A stretch of DNA of 64,000 nt, taken from NCBI RefSeq assembly GCF_009914755.1, contig NC_060940.1; one strand, given 5' to 3'. This document shows positions 1-15,580 of the stretch, one piece after another; the stretch's first letter is position 1, and each line of letters begins with the position of its first letter. Source of the DNA: the human T2T-CHM13v2.0 reference genome, Homo sapiens. The notes beneath the pieces are model-generated. The model was not told where the DNA came from. It did not search any database and was given only the letters and a program-made list of their open reading frames with translations. The position numbers and the translations under genes were made by a program.

Positions 1-2069
1 TGTATATATGGCATGATCCCATTTCTATGTATTTATATTACACATTTTGATACATGCATACCAAAAAGACCGAAGGCCATGCATGACACTGGAGAACAGT
101 CACTAGGGTCTCTATGCGTGTCACTTACCTCTGGGGAAAGTGACTGGTGTTGCAGAGAATTACTTTCACTTCCTCCTTTATATGCTTAGGAATTCTTTGA
201 ATTTGTGTAACAAACAAAATACATTTAAAGACATACCACAAACCAATCCCTGAGCCCTGAGATTCTTAAGAGGATGGGGGCACCAGGAACATAAATCATA
301 CTGCCAGGCCAGAAAACAATGTCTCTGTTGGGTTCCCAACTATATTTCAATTCTGCAAGCCACAGCTGTGCTTCCCACCAACCCAGGCGCTAACACAACA
401 GCAGCAGTCCAGAAAGGGGAAAACATAGGCCCTAGAGTAGGGCCACTTTGGGTAGGAAAAAAAAGTGCAAATGTATTCTGAAAGCAGATGGTGTCTGGAA
501 GAGAAAGTGTGTTTGGCAACAAGAAGGGAATCACAGGGGAAGGAGAGAAAAGCAGTAAAAGAGAGACAGCCAAAGGAGGTGGTAATTAAGTGCAAAGCTG
601 AAGATTTCCAAGGGATTTTTCAGCATTGGCAAGAGTCGGGCCTCTGGACAATTCTGTGGAAGTGTGTAGAGATTGTTTTTCATTTCTTTTCTTTATTAAA
701 AGTATTCCACTAGAACAGTGCCTCTGAACCATGATATTCTGACAAGAGTTTGTTAGCAATGCTCCAAGTATTAAAGTTTTCCAATAATTTACTTTTCTTT
801 ATAAAGAGGAGCTGAGGTTGGCTGTCTCCTTGCTGCCATTCTAATATGCTTCCTAGGGTGGGAGACAAAGCCACAGCCAGCCAGGGTTGAGCGAGTTGTG
901 TACAACCCACACACTATTTGTCTCGCCACCTCCTGACACTGTCACTCTTCTCCGGGCTCTGGAGCTTCCTGTGGGGTCACTGTCTGTAACAGACAAGAGT
1001 GACACCCTTCTCAACCCTTTTACAGCATTAACCAAGGCACAAGCGTCTGAACTGTCCAATAACAAAGAGATTAATTGATGGATTGTTTTGTACCAAACTG
1101 CTTGCTGCCACAGCTGCTCAAAATGTTAATAAGCACTGCTGAACTATGGCCGCTCCAGCAGGGAACAGCTGTAGAGGCTAGAGGCCAGCTCCCCTGCCCA
1201 GTGAGGGACAGATGTCCTTATGTCTATATCGGCCCCTGTGCTCAAACCAGCAACAGTTCACAGACAGGATTATGAAAGGTTTTGCATTTGGTCCTAAGTA
1301 ATCTTTTAATGTCACATAACCTGAACCAAAGCCAAGAATACATTATGACAGTACAAATTATCAACTCTATCTTTGAGATAAGATGTATATTATGCACTAA
1401 ACTCAAGGTCAGGAGACAAGTCTTCTACTCCAGACATATCAAAGCCTTTCTGGGTCTTATAAAATGGGGCTTGTGATTCAAGTTTACTTTCAACAGGAAG
1501 CTTTTGGTTTAAATGAGTTCAAACATTGCATGTAAAGCGCTGAGACTTCAGATACTTGTAAAATAAGCTCAAGTTTAATCTCACATTATATATATATATA
1601 AAACGTATAATAAGCTCAAGTTTAATCTCACATTTTATATCTATACATACAATATGTGTGTATGTATGTGTGTGTGTATATATATAGATATGGAATAATA
1701 AATTAGATAGTCCTTTCTATATTCCACCTGTATCTCACTTACCCCACTTGAAGGTAGAGTTCACTTGTAAATATGTCAGCTGCCTCTCTCAGATAAGGAC
1801 TTCTTTTTTTTTTAACATGACTACAATGACTTTGTCACGTATAACAAAATTAACAAGTCCTTGATATCATCTAATTCTCAGTTCATATAAACTTCCCCCA
1901 ACTCTCTCAAAATGTGTTTTTACAACTGGTTCATTTGAACCAGAATACACACAAGGTTCACTCATTGCATTACATACACACACACTCACACACACTCATA
2001 CACACTTACATATTTTTCTCTAGTTCTATCCACTAGGAGTGTAAAAGGGGCTGGGAGCAATAATGCCCT

Positions 2070-3050
2070 AACGGTAATGACACCTGATCTTGGTTTCTAA
2101 ATACTATTCTTTACTAAAAGGAATCAGAAGTCCTTGGAGAAATGTCTGTTTCAAGAGTACACCAGATATGCCTGAACATGCTGAGCCAGAAAGCAAGGAT
2201 GCACTCATGCACTCAAAGAAAGATGGGGTGTGCCAAGTGGACACAGAAGCCAGATTGATGGAGGGCTGACATTTCTAATCTGAGAAATGTGAGCATCAAA
2301 ATCAATGATGATAGTAACAAATTATCTACAACTCATTGAATAAAATGAGAATCCAGGAGTCCAACTGATATAAATAAATGAATAAAATGAATGTTTGACG
2401 AGGAACAGGATATTTAAATATTTTCAAAGTATCTCCTCATAAAATACTTGTTAGTTACAAAGAGAAGAGAAACTTCACAGTGAAGAAGGCTGACAGGCAC
2501 TGCCTTAATCAAGTGATCAAAGTGAACCTCATCAGAGATGGGACACACCAAAACAATGTTTCATGGGATAATAAGATGCAAAAGGAACAACACAGCTTCA
2601 GTTCTGTGATATTCCTTCCAAAACTGCACGACCTGAATCTCATCACAAGGAAGCATCAAACAAATCCAAGTTGAAGGACAGTCTACAAAGTAACTGACCT
2701 GTAATCATCAAAAGTGCCAAGGTCATGAAAGTCAGAGATTAAGAAACTATTCCAGAATGAAAAAGACTAAAGAAACTTAGGAAATAAATGCACCACATGA
2801 TTGCAAGAAAAGGATCCTTTTGCTACAAAGGATGTTATTGGAACAACTGGCTTAACAGTGTTAAATTTCCTAATTTTACTGATTGGACCATGGTTATCTA
2901 AGAGTGTCCTTGTTTGTAGGAAATGCACACTGAAGTGTTCAGGAGTGATGGGCATCAGGTTGGTAACTGACTCTCAAATGGCCCAGGAGGAAAAAAGTAG
3001 TTTCTTATGCTCTACCCTGACATCTTCAGTAACTTTCAAAATCAGAAAAA
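2070..3050 (+). mobile_element. L1MC-type 3' end
   Basis: Shares caagtgatcaaagtgaacctca...ggaaatgcacactgaagtgtt motifs with the 18955-19670 copy. Confidence 0.6.
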
Positions 3051-4069
3051 GAAAAAATAAAAATACAAATACAAAGAATAACTTGCCTCATCAGCTATTT
3101 TTCCCTGAATAGAGTTCATATAGAAAAAAACAGAATAAATTATTGATTCTGAACCTTCATTAATTTCCAGAGTAATGAGTTGGTACCATAGAAATTTAGA
3201 ATGACAGTTTTCTAACGTATCATAATGAGCTCAGATATTTTTATGTTTGATATGCTTCAGTCAATTGCAGTGATTATTCTTTTTGATTCTCGTAATTGTT
3301 CCTGTTCCATTCACCACAACTCTGGCAGTCAATGGTTTTCTTCCTTCCTGAACATAACAAAAGGTTCCAGGTTCATCATTTACATTTCCTACCCCAAACC
3401 TGGAATCAATTTTTAGACCTTGAATTCAGAGGAGAATTCCTTCCCTTTTAAATGAACGTAATTAATTCCTCTTTAAAAAAATAGATGGGCATGTTGGCTC
3501 ACACCTGTAGTCTCAGCTACTCTGGGAGGATTGCTTGAGCCCAGAAGTTCAAGGTCAGCCTGGTAAACAAAGCAATAGGGAGAAAAAAATTCAGAACACT
3601 GCATTTTCTCAACTCCCTTGAAATTTGTTCCTTTTTTTCCCCTCAAATGTCTGGCTAGTTTTGGACTCCTTCCAAGAGGAATGGCACACAGAAAAGAGCT
3701 TACTCCAAGTCAGACTCTGTGGGCATGACAACCACCTGCTTCTTAGTGTAAGGAGAAGCTGGTAGAGGAGGACTAATCTAATCCTTTTATTAACTCCCTT
3801 GAATCAGAAATGACAGACAGTGATTAAATTTTGTAACTTTTCTCATTGCAAGCACTGAGAGACGGATCAGTGGGTTGACTTGTTTGTTTTATTTCTTCAG
3901 TAAAAAACCTGTACAAGTAGTAAGCAGGTCAATTTTCAGAAGCCTCTCATCCTAAAACGAGAGCTGGCCAGTGTTGCATTGTTCATCCCAGCCTCCCAGT
4001 GATCAAGTGAGGTCTTCATTATTTTGATGGAAGGAAGGAGAAAACAAAATCCACTCACTGATGCTAGAG

Positions 4070-5800
4070 AGAATTCATTCACTCATTCACGCACCCATTT
4101 AATTGAGAATCCACTACGCGCTGTTCTTAGTACTGAGGATATGCAGCGAACACAAAGAATAAACTCCTTCCTCTGTGGAGTTTACTTTCTAATGGAGGAA
4201 ATAGACCATAGCAAGATAGATAAGTAAATTATAAAGTGTAGGAAAAACAAAGCATAAAAGGGCAATGTAAGAGAGATACAATTTTAAATAAAAGGTTTCG
4301 GGGTGGCTCCCACTAAAAAGGCGACATTTGAACAAACACTTGGAGGAGGTGACAGAGTAAGCCATGTGGTTTTTTAGAGGCAGAGAGTTCCAGGCAGAGG
4401 AAACAGCTTGTGTGAAGATCTTGACGTGTGAAAGTGCTTTGAATATTTGTGAAATTGTAAGGAAGCTGCTGTGGCTGGATGGCTCGTGCAAGGTGAAGAG
4501 AGAAGGCCAAAGACAGAATGTGAGGGCTGGGGACACAAAGCACCTAGCGCCTTGTAGGCCATTTTAAGGACTTGGACTTTTGCTCCAAGTGACATGGAAA
4601 TTTGTCTCTGGTTTTTGAACAGAGGAATGACTTTACCCAACTTATTTTTCAATGAGATCACTTTGGCTGCTGTGTTGGGTATAGAATGAAAGGGAGCAAG
4701 ACAGACACAAAGACACCATTAGAAAGCTATTGTAATGGTCTATGGGAGGTGATGGTTGCTAAGAAAGGGCAATAGCAGTGAAGGAGGTGAAAAGTTGTCA
4801 CACTATCAATAACTTTTAAAAGTAGAGCCAACAGGATTTGCTGAAAGACTAGATACAGGAGCAAAAGGAAGAGAGGAGTCAAGGGTAATCCTTAGAGTTT
4901 TGGCCTGAGCAATTTGAAGGGCAGAGGTTCCATCCACTGACATGGTGAAGAATGTGAGAAGAGCAGGTTTTGGGGAGGTTGCTCAAGAGCTCAGTTTTGG
5001 ACAAGGTAGGTTAGAGATGTCTACCAAACAGCCAAATGGAGATGCCAAGTAGGTGATTGAATATACAGTTCTGGAGTTCAGGAGAATGGTCTAGTCTGGA
5101 GACATATATTTGGCCATTGTTGTAGGCAGAACAATGTCCTCCCAAAAGATGTTCATGGGCCAATCCTCAGAACCTGTGAATATATTTCCTTACACGGCAA
5201 CAAAAGGACTTTGCCAATGTGATTAAAGGATGGACCTTGAGATGGGTGATTATCCTGGATTCTCTGGGCAGGCCCAGTGGAATCAAATGGGTCCTTACAA
5301 GCAGATAACTCTTCCTGCTGTGGCCAAAGAAGGCTCCAAGAGATAAGATTTTGTGGGCTTTGAAAATAAAGGAAGGTAGCCACAAGCTCAGAAATGCAGG
5401 AAGCATCTGGAAGCTGAAAAAGGCAAGGAAACAAATTCTTCCCTAGAACCTCTAGAAAGGAAGGCAGCCCCACTGACAGGTTGATTTCAGCCCAGTGAGA
5501 CCCATGTCAGACATCTGACCTAAAAACTGTAAGGTGAATTCATGTTGTTTTAAGCTGCTATAGAAAATTAATGCCAACATCATCAATATAGAGATGATAT
5601 TTAAATCCATAAGAGACAGAAGGGAGACGATGTCTTGGGACTGAGCCTTGGGGTATTTGAATGTTAAGTCGGGGAAATGAGGACCCAACAGAGATGACTG
5701 AGAAGCAGTGGACACAAGATAGGAGGCAAACAGGAGAAAATGGTGCTCTAGAGGTCAAGACAACAATCTGTGTCACATGCTGCTACATGGTTAAGTAAGA
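4070..5800 (-). mobile_element. L2 fragments interrupted by an MLT1 LTR
   Basis: cattcactcattc... start and typical L2 antisense sequence (gagttccaggcagaggaaacagc, gagcagg...gagctcagttttggaca). Confidence 0.7.
5121..5575 (+). mobile_element. MLT1 (MaLR) solo LTR
   Basis: tgtaggcagaacaatg...cccaaaagatgttca...agaacctgtgaatat...tgttgttttaagc. Confidence 0.8.
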
Positions 5801-5908
5801 TGGGGATCAAATTAGGAAACAAGACAGAACAGGGAGAGCATATGTGCTCAGGCCAGCTGCTATAGAGAAGGAAGAATGTGGACCCTGGTACTTACTACAG
5901 GAGAGACA

Positions 5909-6218
5909 GGCAGGGTGCAGTGGCTCATACCTATAATCCCAGCACTCTGGAAGGCTGAGATCATGGGAGGATCACCTGAGTCCAGGAGTTCAAAACCAGC
6001 CTGGGCAACACAGTAAGACCCTCATCTTTACAAAAAATACAAAAATTAGCTGGGAGTGGTGGCACACACCTGTAATCTCAGCTACTCATGAGGCTGAGAT
6101 GAGATGATTGCTTGAGCCTGGAGGTTGAGGCTGCAATGAGCTGTGATTGCACCACTGCACACCAGCCTGAGCAATGGAGGGAGACCTTGTCTCAAAACAA
6201 AACTAAACAAAGCAAAAA
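5909..6218 (+). mobile_element. AluJ
   Basis: Diverged dimeric Alu with A-rich tail. Confidence 0.9.
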
Positions 6219-6576
6219 CTTACAGAAGAAACACATGAATGGCACCCACTCAGAGTGCAGACTTTTTCATACAGAGGGACTCTGGTCACTAGGAAACTTG
6301 GCCCAACTAGAATACTGGAATATTTCCAATCATATTGGCACTCCTTCCCTTTGGGGAGGGAGGGTATGAAAGTCAGCAGTACAGAGGAAAGAAGAGGAAA
6401 GAGGAACAGAATGAAATTTCAACTTTCTTTTACATTATTGCCTTTCCTTTTACCACCCAACATAGTCTTAGCCCTCCAAGGCCATTACTTGTTAAATAGC
6501 ACATTCCCTAACCCCAGGGCAGTTAAAATAATAGCTCAAGACCAGAATATCGTTTTCTCTTAAAGAAAATATGACC

Positions 6577-6882
<306 letters not shown>

Positions 6883-7384
6883 AAAGAAAATATGACCTCA
6901 TCAAAATTAAAATACACAACCTTCCAGTACCTGGCATTTTATATCAACCATAGCTTCAGACAATGTTTTGTTTTGCCTTCCTTCACCTCAAAACTCAAGA
7001 GTTAGCTGATCATCTCTAAGAGACTGATTGAAGTCAGGTGAGGAGAACCCTTGTGACTTCAGACAAATATAGCCCTTATCACACTGTCTCATACTGAGCT
7101 GTAGTTATTTGTATACTTGTTCATCTTCTTCACCAGACTTGAAGTCCTCTGAGAGGGGAGACTGTGCCCTTTCATCACTGAATTACAAGAACAATAATTC
7201 CTGAACTTCCCATTCATTGAACTTGTCATACAAGTCAGACATGGTGCTAATTGCTTTCAGGCATTTAATTGTCAGGCAACTCTGTGAGATGGGCATTATT
7301 TATTCCATTTTGCAGGAAGGTTAAGAAATTTACATAATAGTCATATTAAATTGGAGAGTGACAGAGCAGTCCAATGCCCAAATC

Positions 7385-7846
7385 TGTGCTGAATGATGGC
7401 CCCACAAAGATGTCCACATCCTCGTTCCTGGAACCCATGAACGCTACTTAATATGGAAAATTGGACTTTGCAGATGTGATTAAATTAAGGATTTTTGAGA
7501 TGGGAAGTTTATTCTGGATTATCCAACTTGGCTCAATGTAATCACAGGGGTCCTCCTGAGAGGGAGGCAGGAAGTCAGGTTGAGTAAGAGGAGATGCGAA
7601 GAGAGAAGCAAAAGTTGAAGGGATGATGAAGGAGCCATGAGCCAAGGAATGCAGATGGTCTCAAGAAGCCGCAAAAGACCAGGAAACAGATTCTTCCCTA
7701 GAACCTCCAGAAAGGAACAGAAACAGCCCTGCTAACATCTTGATTTTGGATTTCCGGACTTCAGAACAGTAAGATAAGAAATTTGTGTTGTTTTAAGCCA
7801 CTGAGTTCATGGGAATTTGTTACAGCATCCATAGGAAACAGACGCA
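7385..7846 (+). mobile_element. MLT1 (MLT1C/D-like) solo LTR
   Basis: aaagatgtccacatcc...gactttgcagatgtgattaa...tgtgttgttttaagccactgagtt...acagcatccataggaaac. Confidence 0.8.
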
Positions 7847-8548
7847 GTGCTCTTTGCCTCTGTCATTCTGTGATCCTTACACCCCAGGACCTGAGGCAGT
7901 GCCGGATATGCAGAGCACTCCATGAATGTTTGCTAAGTGAACTGCTGAAGGAGGAGGAGATTCTCCTCTAAGCCTTCTCCTGCCTGGCACAACCTAAACT
8001 CCTGACCAAGAGAATCCAGCCTACCCCAGAAAGAGGCAGGAAGGAGCAGCCCAGGTAAATCTGAGTTGATATGTCTTTTCCTTATTGCTAAGTTGGATGG
8101 ATGAGCTAATTATAGTCTGAACCATGTTTTGTGTCAGTCATTGCACCCCTGGAAGACATGACAAAATATAAACCTAATTTACAGCTGTGATTTAGAGCTC
8201 TAGGGCTGGAGGTAGGTCAAAGAAAGAGAATTATCTATTTTTATATCAACAACTTAGGACATTTTTTCCATTTTCTACAGCACTGCATTAAGCATCACAA
8301 ATGATCCAGTTGAAATTATAAGCAGTGTTAGTAAAAAGATGAGCAGAGATCATATTTCACAATCAAATTCCTTTATAAAAGTATTTCATGGCAAATTGGA
8401 GAAACAAATACACACATATATATGTAATGCAAATAACTACCTTCTCCTTTCTCTGAAACCATCCTTGCCTGTCCTTTAAACAAGGAAGGTAATATTTTCT
8501 ATGTCAATATTCATAAGGGTAAAGTTTTCCAAATTAATAAAATCAATA

Positions 8549-9159
8549 TGTCAGAGGCATTCAAGCCAGAGCGACTCCATCTTGAATAGGGGCTGGGTAA
8601 AATGAGGCTGAGACCTGCTGGGCTGTATTCCCAGGAGGTGAGGCATTCTTAGGCACAGGATGAGACTGGGGATTGGCACAAGATGCAGGTCACAAAGACC
8701 TCACTGATAAAACAAGATGTGGTAAAGAAGCCGGCCAAAACCCACCAAAATCAAGAGGGGGACAAAAGTGACCTCTGGCTATCCTCACTGCTTATTTTAT
8801 GTTAATTATAATGCATCAGCATGCTAAAAGACACTCCCACCAGCACCATGACAGTTTACAAATGCCATGGCAACATTGGGAAGTTACCCTATATGGTCTA
8901 AAATGGGAAGAATCCTCAGTTCTGGGAATCCCCGCCCCTTTCTTGGAAAACTCATGAATAATCCACCCCTTATTTAGCATATGATCAAGAAATAAACATA
9001 AAAATGCCAACCCGCTTTTTATGGAGCAGCCATTCTTTTGCTTACTTCCCTAATAAACTTGCTTTCACTTTACTCTATGGACTCCCCCAGAACTCTTTAT
9101 TGCAAAAGATCCAAGAACCCTTTCTTGGGAGTCTAGATTGGGACTGCTTTCCAGTAAGA
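8549..9159 (+). mobile_element. MER41B-like ERV1 solo LTR
   Basis: Starts TGTCAGAGGC...gcgactccatcttgaataggggctgggtaaaatgaggctgagacctgctgg. 4-bp TSD aata (8545-8548 / 9160-9163). Tandem GAS sites at 8920-8928 and 8940-8948. Confidence 0.85.
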
Positions 9160-10865
9160 AATACACCCCATAGCTTAGGGGCTTAAGAAATGAAGCTGCT
9201 TTGGAAACCTGAAAATTATTTAGATTTCACAAATGGCTCATGATGCCACGGAGAGTTATTTCCCTTTTGGCATCCTGGTTTCTCTAGTCAGTGAAAATCC
9301 TACACTTACAAAGTAGAAAGTTCAAAACAGTTTCTGATCTTTTAAACACACGTACTATATAAGCACAAAGATAGTTACAACCCCAACTAAAAACAATCAT
9401 TTAGAACTGAATCTCAAATTCATATGTTTGTAGTTCATAATCTATCTGTAGTTGACCAAGAAGGTAAAATAAATTATTGGGTAGATGTAAGCTAAGATCA
9501 GTCATTGCCCTTAGTCTAGAACTTCTGATTAGATTGGTAACTCCCATGGCACTCCCCCAAGGCTCTAAGTGGTCCTGAGTAGCTTTAGAATCTGAATAAA
9601 TCACACATACTAGGGATCCATCGAGACCACTAGAAACTCAATTTATTTGTGACCTGAGGCAGGATTTTATTGCTTCTCAGATTAACAGTTAAAAACGTTT
9701 TGCTTTTCTGCCTCAGGGGTATTCGTTTGATGTATGAGGCAGGGAGATTATTAAATCTTTGCTACCTTCCAAAGATGTAAATTAAACCACAGCACCTCCT
9801 TAGCCACTTTCCCTGTATGAACTGCTTATTTATTAACTTGTCACTCTTGCATGCTCATCAAAACAACCACACCTATGATTAATTATTCCTGTTTATTTAA
9901 GGGTGCTTGTCATTCTAACTTTTTGCGGACAGGATATTTACAAAGTCTCCTGATTTCTTTGCAGAACTGTGGCATGAAGACTTTTAAAGGACTAATCATT
10001 TCTATGGATATATTTTAAAAGAACAGTGGCATGAATGTAACTATATCTTGTTCTATTCATTTTAAATAAAGCTGCCCTTCATTTTGGCTTCCCTTGCCTG
10101 GTCATGAACATCATATTGGCTGATTTTGTCCATCTGGACATCTCCAAAAGACTTTGAAGAGGTTCGACATTAAATGGTCCAACATAAACTCTAAAGTTAT
10201 TTTTTCAATTTTGTCACTCACAATTCAATTCAATGTAGACAGTATTTATTTATCTTCTATGTGGCAAGCAGCAAATATGGATTTGTTCATTCATTCCTTC
10301 ATACAATATTTATTTAATGTATTTTATCTGCCAGTAATGGCAGTAGGCATATTGTTCACTGTTCAAAACAGTGAACAGTCCTTTCCTCCACTGGATTTAC
10401 AGCCTTGTTACTACCCTTCCCAAGGCATTTGTCTCTACATATTATGAGCAGGAGGTAATAAAACGACAATGAGAACCTGGATAAAAGGGAAGAAAAGCAC
10501 AGTGTTCTCCCTCTGAAGTTTGCACAGAATACACAGTAAATTGAGTCAGGTTTAAGAAGACACCTGCAAGGCTCTTCCCCCATCCTGGTCCAGAGTGGGT
10601 CTGCAGGACTGAACTGCATTGAAACTATGGCATTTCACCTCTTTCTGTTCTCCTTGACCTGCCATATCATAGATCATCTGGTTTGCTGAATAATCACTGA
10701 ACCAAAAAGTTTTCAAATGAATTTTGGAGGCACAGCTGCCTAGCCTCTGCCACAAGAAAAAAATCACCTTACTAGTTTAAATGGTTGAATAATCATCTTA
10801 TTTTTTTTTTTAAGATATAGGTTCCTGATCATATCCTTGTCTCTCTTTAAAAGTTTTTATTTTCT

Positions 10866-11115
10866 TGGGAGGCCAAGGGAGGAGGATCACTTGAGGCCAG
10901 AAGTTCAAGACCAGCCTGGTCAACATATCAAGATCCCATAACTACGAAATGTAAAAAATTAGCCAGGTATGGCAGTGAACATCTGTAGTCCTAGCTACTC
11001 AGGAGGCTAAAGCAGGAGGATCGCATGAGCCCAGGAGTTCAATGCTGCAGTGAGCTGTGATCGTGCCACTGCACTCCAGCCAGGGCGATAGAGTGAGACT
11101 TTGTCTCAAAACAAA
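10866..11115 (+). mobile_element. AluJ, 5'-truncated
   Basis: ttgggaggccaaggg...gtgagactttgtctc; flanking aaaagttt(t)tatt repeats. Confidence 0.88.
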
Positions 11116-11231
11116 AAGTTTTATTATGGAAATTGTCAAACAGAAAACAATTAAGATAATAAAATAATGAATCCCCAAATACCTATCACCTAGCTTCAGT
11201 GATTATCAAAATTTTGCTGTTCTTGTCTTTA

Positions 11232-11615
<384 letters not shown>

Positions 11616-13209
11616 TTAAACCTCCAAATCCATTAGAACGTATCTCTAACAAAAAATAAGATTTTAAAAACATAACTATAATATCATTGCAATATCTAAC
11701 AAAATAATAACATTACTTTAATACCTTGTAATCCCTAGCCCAAGTTCAAATGCTCCTGATTCTCTAAAAAAAAATCCTTTTGGATTGAAATAGGATCCAA
11801 ACAAGGTCTACACATTAGATTTGGCTGATATGTCTTTCACTTACACCTGTTCTCTCCATGTCCTTTTGAATATCACCAAAATGATCTTCAATATTTGATT
11901 TTTATCCAGGATAACTAAATCTGTCCAAACCTAACATATGCTGCTGGTGAAACCTCATTATGTAATATTTTTCAAGGACAAACTACCAAAAGAAAAGGTG
12001 TTCATACAAGTTACCATGCAAACAGAGAAACTGAGTGAAAAGTGAGTGCTGTTAATAATTATACTGGTGTAAACCAGGACGAACAGTCACCCTATGAATA
12101 GAAGATATTAGGGGTAAAAAGGAGGATCAGGTTTCTGGCTTCAACTCTGGAGCTGGGGAGCTGGAAAAGAACTAGAAAGAATACCTCTCCCACCCTTAAA
12201 ATTAATAAAAAAAATAAGTTGAACGAACTTCAAGTTAACAACTTTTCTTGGATCCATCAAAGAGTTGAAGAAACAACTAGTTTATTTGAAGAAGCACCAA
12301 CTAGCCCAAAATCTAAGTAAAGAGAAGTGCCTACAGGAAAAGTCAGATGCAAGCATTTGTTTACGTGGGGCAGTTGAACACCCAGAAGAACTGTGAAGAA
12401 ACTGGTGGAATCTGAGTATTGGCAGGTGACAGAATATGGCCTCAGATACAAAGGGAGTTTACACCACTCACAGGCTTCTCTCTACAGGCCCTAGTGGGTG
12501 CTCATAAACAATGATGGCAGCAGTGCTGAGAAGACATGCTTAGGGGAGGGGAGAAGCAGTTGTTGCAGGAAGGGCGTGGATACCTGCCCAGATCCTTCTT
12601 CCCTATCTCCCCTGTTAAAACAAAAGCAATACAAGAAAACCCAACAACTTCACCTAGAGTGGGGAATAAGAGCAACAAGCACTATTGCCCTTAGAGCACT
12701 CCTGAATACCAACTGCAGCTTTGGGAAGGAAATTGTTAAAAAAAAAAAAAATCCTCCACACCTCAGGGAGGAGCAGGAGTATATGCTGGGCTCAGAACTA
12801 TCACTGGGGAGAAACAGAAGCATGAAAAAGGTCACACTCCTGAGACCCGGAGACACAGTATCCACTCAACACTGAGGCTTAGTTAGAACAACAGGGAACA
12901 CTTCCTTCACCTGCCACCACCAGAGCAAGAAGCATCACACAGCAACAGCAGACGACTGCTGAGAGGGCCCAGAGAGAAGCAAGGACATGGAGAGAAACTC
13001 TCTGGGGTCACTGCATAAGGAGAAAGTGTAAGGCTAAGGGTAGGCCCAACATTGAGAAAAGTCTATTCAGTGGGTAAACCAGCCCTGCTCCTAATACAAC
13101 ATTTTATTAGAAGAATTTGAAGTCTCTGGTACACTGAGGATAGCCCTATGAACAACAAACCCCCAAAGCCACCTCAACGCCTGTCTAGGTTGATTCACAT
13201 TCCACACTA

Positions 13210-13733
<524 letters not shown>

Positions 13734-15364
13734 TTAAAATAGCTATGACAAATATATTGAAGTGTCCAGTGAAAGAACTGGACAACACGCATTGTCAGAT
13801 GGGTAATTTCAGTAGAGATAATGAGAACTGTAAGAAAAAAATCTAATGACGCTGTTAAAAGTGAAAAACGCAGTAAAAGATCAAGACCAAGTGACATCAA
13901 GACTGTCACTGACAGGCTCATCAGTAGACTTGACAGTGCTAAGGGGAGAGTTGGTGAACTTGAAATCATCCAACCTGAAAGAGAATAAAGAGTAAAAAAT
14001 AAAAACAGCACCAAGCATCCAGAAACTATAGGACAATATAAAATGATCTAACAGATGTATAGCTAGAATTCCAGAAGGAAAAAAGAGACAGAAATGAGGT
14101 AGCATAAATATAAGAAGGGATAATGCCTGAGAATTTCCAACATTAATGACATACATTGAACTACAGATCCAAAACAACAACCAAGATAAATACCAAGCCA
14201 GAGATAGACATATCATATTCAGGTTCTGAAAACACAAAACAAAGTCTTGAAGGAAACCAGCAGGGGTAAAAAAGACACATTAACACAGAGAAATAAACAG
14301 CCCATCTTATTAGAAAGCATGCAAGTCGGAAGACAATAGAGTAACATTTTCAAAGGACTAAAAGAAAAAATAGTGTCAATACAGAATTCCCTACCTGGTG
14401 AAAATATCTTTCAAAAATAAAGGATAAAAAGACTTTCTTAGAAAAAAAAACTAATTAAATTAACTGTCATCAGTACTAAACCATAAAAATTTTAAAGAAT
14501 ATTCTTCAGAAAAGAGAAATTTGATACCAGATACATACATTTAGATGAAGAAACAAATAATGCTAGACATGGCATAAATAAAAATAACAATTTTGCTTTT
14601 ATCAGTTTTAATTGCTCTGAAAAGGAACAATTTAAGCAAAAAAAGTGGAACTATATTGTGCCTTGTAGCATACATAGAAGTAACATAGGAGACAAAAATA
14701 GCACAAAGAATGAGACAGACTGATTGGAAACATGAGTATAAGGTCCTCATAGCACACATAGGAGTATAATATTACTTGAGGGTAGACTTTGATTAATGTG
14801 TTATATTGTAACTACTAAAAACTTTTTAAGAGCTATAGGTAGTAAGTCAATACTATAGATAAATAGATGAAATAATAAAAACTGCTCACTTAACCCAAAA
14901 AAGGCAGAAAAAAATGAAATATAAAGAATTTATAGAAAACAGGTAGCAAGACAGATTTTAATCCAATATCAGTATTCACATTAAATGCAAGCAGTTAAAA
15001 CATCAATTGAAAGGAAGATTTTCAGATTAGATTAAAAAGGAACCGTATGCTGTCTACAAGAAACCCACTTTAAATATTTTGAAAATGAAAACTAAACACA
15101 TGAGATGCCGCTAAAACCATGCTTAGAAGAAAATTCATTGCATACAGTGCTTATATTTAAAAAGAAGAAAGATCTCAAATCACTCACCTAAGCTTCGACC
15201 TAAGAAACTAGACAAAGAAGAGCAAATAAAATCCAAAACAAGCAGAAAGGAGATTTTAAAATACAGCAGAAATAAATAAAATTGGGACAAAGTACACAAA
15301 AATAAATAAAACCAAAACCTGTGTTTTTAAAGAGATCAATAAAGTTGATAAAAACCCTAGCCAG

Positions 15365-15580
15365 ATGGAGAAGGAGGAGGAGGAGGAAGAGGAGGAGGAG
15401 GAAGGGAGGGAGGGGGAGAAAGAAAGAGGAAAAAGAAAGAGACAGAGAGAGAGAAAGGAAGGAAGGAAGGAAAGAAAGAGGGAGGGAGGGAGGGACGGAA
15501 AGGAAAGAAAGGGAGGGAGGGAGGAAGGAAGGAAGGAAAAAAAGGAAGGAAGGAAGGAGAAAAAGGAGAAGGAGAAAACT
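15365..15580 (+). repeat. Polypurine compound microsatellite (GGA)n/(GA)n/(GGAA)n/(GGGA)n
   Basis: ~215 bp that is almost exclusively A/G. Confidence 0.95.
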
